Assembly: GCA_045631765.1 (NCBI GenBank)
Contig: JAZQVK010000027.1
Span: forward strand, 1 to 32,371
Reading direction: 5' to 3'
Length of the DNA: 32,371 nt
From: Eubacteriales bacterium
Lineage (GTDB): Bacteria > Bacillota > Clostridia > Oscillospirales > CAG-272
In this document: one piece after another, positions 29,500 to 32,371 of the stretch
Layout: every line of letters starts with the position of its first letter
How positions within the stretch are numbered: position 1 is the first letter of the stretch
The notes under the pieces: generated by a model
The model's input: the letters and a program-made list of their open reading frames with translations, nothing else
What the model was told of the DNA's origin: nothing
Database searches by the model: none
Made by a program: the position numbers and the translations under genes

Positions 29500-31346
29500 T
29501 TACTTACCTCCTTTGGAATAGTTACCAGCACCCTGGTGCCGACACCTACGGTGCTTTCGATCTCCAGCTTACCGTTTACCATCACCTTAAGTCGTTCACG
29601 AATGTTGCGAAGCCCTACGTGCTTTCTTTCATCTATCAGCACGCCCGTATCAAAGCCTACGCCGTCATCTACCACCGAAATGCAATATTCCGCATCGGTC
29701 TCATAGGAAACCACGTGGATCGTTCCCCCCTTGGAAAGCTTCATCAAGCCGTGCTTGATCGCATTTTCAACGATTGGCTGAACGGTCAGCGCGGGGATAT
29801 GGAAGTCCTCGGAATTCATTTCAAACGTGAAGGTCATATCCGGGAAGCGAACGTTTTCAATGCTGATGTAGTGGTGCACGTGCTCCATTTCCTGCGACAT
29901 TAAAATCGGCTTGGGGTTATCAAGCTCTCCAAAATTGCCTCGGAGATATTTGGCAAAGTTGTGTACAAGGTCTCCCGCCTTTGGGGGATCCAGCTTGCAA
30001 AGCTGCTCGATGCTGCCAAGCGTATTATAAATAAAGTGCGGGCGGGTCTGGCTCATCATGGTGGAGATCCTGCTTTCGGCAAGCTCTGCGTTCAAAACGA
30101 TCTTTTCCATCTCGAGCTCTTTTGCCTTGGTAGCTGCATTGATGCTGTGAGGGATCAGCTTCAGCACCATCACCATTGCTACGGCAAACAAAGCAACGAA
30201 AACGTATTGCGAAACGACACCGCCCTGCCAAGCGCCAAGCCACGTTCCAACGGCATCGGCCGCAAAGGCAAGCAGCGGAAGAGATGCGGCGATATAGAGC
30301 CAGCGTTCCTTTTTTTCGGCTTTTATAAACTCTTTTATCAGGCAGAGCAGTAACACGATATTGCCAAGGAGCTGTACGGCAACCCACCAGAGCCAGATAT
30401 CATAAAAGAATACGGCACTAACGATCGGCAAAAGCAAAAATACGGCGTTTGCCACCGCCAAAAGAACCACCGTCAGCCTGCCGACCTTTTTCGTTCCCTT
30501 GAAAAAATAGGAGATGCTTATAGATACGAAGAGCATATAGAACATCATTGAGAAGCCAAGAACGGTAGTGTTTGAAACGATAGATTCACTCCAGAAGGAA
30601 ACACCGGCCGCGCTATACGCAATGTAGAATCCCGCAAACAAGACGACAAGCCCGAGAAGCCAGATGATCCTGTTGCTTTTTATATGTATCAGGCTTGAGA
30701 ACAGGGCAATACCAAGGAATACGAGAGAAACGAGCATCAACAGCATACCCGTATTTCTCTGTGGCTCGCCGCTGCTCAAAACACCCTTTTCAAACTCAAT
30801 TCCCGTCCAAAAGGCCAGGGAGGAAAGCATTTCGTCGATCGCGGTCTCATTTCCAAAGCGGTGGGGATTATGAACGAGGATCTCAACCGGCTCCTCGCTT
30901 TCGCTTGTAAAGAAGCAAGCGGTCCAGCCTTCACCGCATACGGAATTTCCGTACAGGGGATTTTCCATATCTATCACAAACGGCTCAAATCCCGTTTCAT
31001 AAACCGTTAGGTTGATATGGTCGGTATAGAACGCGATCGGCAGATCCCCCCTATAAATACCAACGTATCCACCCTCCGGATCAAACATGTGGAAATTACC
31101 GCGAAGGGTAACATCCCCCTTTGTAGCAGGGATATGCTCCCCCTCTACGATCTTCTGCCACTCACCGCCCTCTATTCGATACTCGCCATCAAACCGCACC
31201 TGCGCGATCAAAGCAGGCGCCGCTTGCAGGCTGTTGCTATGATTGAACCACAGCAAAAGCCCCGCAAGCAAGAGCAAAAGCAAGACGCCCACGATCGGAA
31301 AATATATTTTTTTGAATATGGGAAGCTTGTTTTTAAGATCCGGCAT
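29496..31346 (-). CDS. Sensor histidine kinase, LytS/YehU-type (His_kinase PF06580-like plus HATPase_c), with a large extracytoplasmic domain and a multi-TM region
   Basis: I set the start at 31346 (MPDLKNK...) because GGAGG lies 7 nt upstream; the track start at 31376 has no SD. It has an N-terminal TM helix, a ~160-aa outside domain and ~7 TM helices (7TMR-DISM-like layout). Downstream are 'SQTRPHFIYNTLGSIEQL' and 'VQPIVENAIKHG...DDGVGF...GLRNIRERL'. Confidence 0.85.
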   Translation of the reverse strand: MPDLKNKLPIFKKIYFPIVGVLLLLLLAGLLLWFNHSNSLQAAPALIAQVRFDGEYRIEGGEWQKIVEGEHIPATKGDVTLRGNFHMFDPEGGYVGIYRGDLPIAFYTDHINLTVYETGFEPFVIDMENPLYGNSVCGEGWTACFFTSESEEPVEILVHNPHRFGNETAIDEMLSSLAFWTGIEFEKGVLSSGEPQRNTGMLLMLVSLVFLGIALFSSLIHIKSNRIIWLLGLVVLFAGFYIAYSAAGVSFWSESIVSNTTVLGFSMMFYMLFVSISISYFFKGTKKVGRLTVVLLAVANAVFLLLPIVSAVFFYDIWLWWVAVQLLGNIVLLLCLIKEFIKAEKKERWLYIAASLPLLAFAADAVGTWLGAWQGGVVSQYVFVALFAVAMVMVLKLIPHSINAATKAKELEMEKIVLNAELAESRISTMMSQTRPHFIYNTLGSIEQLCKLDPPKAGDLVHNFAKYLRGNFGELDNPKPILMSQEMEHVHHYISIENVRFPDMTFTFEMNSEDFHIPALTVQPIVENAIKHGLMKLSKGGTIHVVSYETDAEYCISVVDDGVGFDTGVLIDERKHVGLRNIRERLKVMVNGKLEIESTVGVGTRVLVTIPKEVSK

Positions 31347-31488
31347 GGTCCTACCTCCGAAAATTTTACGCAGCATGATATCCGTTTCACATCATTAAGG
31401 CACCAGGCATCCGATCGAACCGAAGCAAACGCCATCGGGTCTGCGATAAGCATGCTTCTCGCTCCCGTCACTGCCTCTCTTACGTTAT

Positions 31489-31516
31489 ATTATATCACAA
31501 AACAGTATTTTTTCAA
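31489..31516 (-). promoter_or_regulatory. Candidate sigma-A promoter of the two-component operon
   Basis: On the minus strand: TTGAAA (31511-31516), a 16-nt spacer ending in TGA, then TATAAT (31489-31494). This implies a ~135-nt 5' leader. Confidence 0.5.
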
Positions 31517-31600
31517 TACGCCTTTTATAAAGTCGCCCCCGCAAGGCCATCAGACCGTAAAAGAGGCCATGATGAAGGCTGCTGCTTTTTTCCGCTGAAA

Positions 31601-31637
31601 GCACGAAAAGCCCTTGATTTTCAAGGGCTTTTCGTGC
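31601..31637 (-). terminator. Terminator-like hairpin after the partial upstream gene
   Basis: A 17-bp perfect stem GCACGAAAAGCCCTTGA / TCAAGGGCTTTTCGTGC with a 3-nt loop. It starts 1 nt after the stop at 31639. Only a short U-run (TTT) follows on the minus strand. Confidence 0.6.
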
Positions 31638-31638
31638 T

Positions 31639-32371
31639 TCAGATCGTAAGTCTCAAATTCGCCTGTTCAAAGCTAAGCACATCCACTGTTTCAAAGTGAA
31701 TGCCTACCGTGCTGCAAATATCGATCAGATCAGGAATGATCTGCTTATCCTGAAAGTTTTCACAAATATTCAAAATCAGCGTGCCGCCAAAATCAATCGC
31801 GGCAACGTTGCATTCACTGAAATCCGGCCAGGAGCGAAAATTGAAGTCAGCAAGTCCGGACATCACTTCATCCGGCAAGTCAATTTTGCCAAGATAGGTA
31901 AAGACGAAATTGCATTCCGAATGCTTCATCACACCGAAAACGACCTTTGCCAGAGCTTTTTGCAGGAAGCGGGGCTTTATGGAAACAAGAGGTCCTACCG
32001 TATCAACGAATTCCGTTGCCGCCTTTACAATGTTTTCCTGCTGCACGGCAAGATCGAGAAGTGACCGGTAAATCGTGCTGACGAGCGCGAAATCCATCGT
32101 GTCATAACGGTCAACGTAAGTAATGTTCTTGGAGATGATGCAGTTGTGCATGGTCTGAAAACCCATTGGGCCGCGGCAATCAATCACCACACTGCAACTG
32201 ACATTTTTGTTCTTTGCCTTTGGGTTTATATGCTTGCGTAGTGCCATGGAAACCAAAGGCGGCAGCACCGCTGCCGGAGAGGAATCACTCTTCTTTGCGG
32301 CGGCAAGCACCTCGCTCATGGGCGCTTTCAGAATGTGGCAATCCGTTCGATAACCGCGTTTGAGAAAGGGG
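31639..32371 (-). CDS. Partial CDS (5' end outside the window), unknown function; possibly the C-terminal half of a condensation/CAT-like acyltransferase
   Basis: The reading frame stays open from 32319 to the window edge (PFLKRGYRTDCHILKAP-MSEV...). The family suggestion is weak and rests only on overall pattern. Confidence 0.55.
   Translation of the reverse strand, partial: PFLKRGYRTDCHILKAPMSEVLAAAKKSDSSPAAVLPPLVSMALRKHINPKAKNKNVSCSVVIDCRGPMGFQTMHNCIISKNITYVDRYDTMDFALVSTIYRSLLDLAVQQENIVKAATEFVDTVGPLVSIKPRFLQKALAKVVFGVMKHSECNFVFTYLGKIDLPDEVMSGLADFNFRSWPDFSECNVAAIDFGGTLILNICENFQDKQIIPDLIDICSTVGIHFETVDVLSFEQANLRLTI

Overview
32.4-kb chromosomal segment, probably from a Gram-positive anaerobe (Bacillota/Clostridia-like). 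That placement is an inference from strong GGAGG-type Shine-Dalgarno sites, SpoIIE/STAS genes and the gene content. About 30 protein genes are present and all but one are on the minus strand. I saw no tRNA, rRNA, CRISPR array, transposase or integrase. All family names come from motif recognition by eye; no database search was run.

Layout:
(1) 1-5.1 kb, GC-rich by eye: URO-D-family gene, an internally deleted URO-D paralogue, a metallophosphoesterase and a beta-helix protein.
(2) 5.27-7.56 kb, sharply AT-rich islet: a type II restriction-modification pair. It holds an HTH-fused C5 cytosine methyltransferase and an Eco47II-like endonuclease split by a frameshift at a G6/C6 homopolymer.
(3) 7.8-8.7 kb: DUF3006-PHP phosphoesterase pair behind a consensus promoter.
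(4) 9.2-11.3 kb: cytoplasmic 5'-nucleotidase-like metallophosphatase and a flavodoxin-like oxidoreductase.
(5) 11.4-21 kb, the most interesting block: a tightly packed operon encoding a partner-switching system with no sigma factor. It contains a 939-aa membrane sensor (PP2C/SpoIIE phosphatase fused to an RsbW-like kinase domain), two stand-alone STAS proteins, and a third STAS fused to an APH-type kinase. It also contains a small-alarmone-hydrolase-type HD protein, two orphan proteins, membrane proteins and guanine deaminase.
(6) 21-25.3 kb: small and membrane proteins.
(7) 25.4-31.4 kb: a LytS-type histidine kinase with a REC-wHTH (SARP-like) regulator. An identical 22-bp tandem 11-mer (TTTGTAACACC x2) lies exactly 8 bp upstream of the -10 box of two downstream transcription units.

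Three intergenic regions (about 105-395, 5081-5262, 8826-9024) carry unusual arrays of tiny GC hairpins separated by a locus-specific repeated 6-10 nt word.
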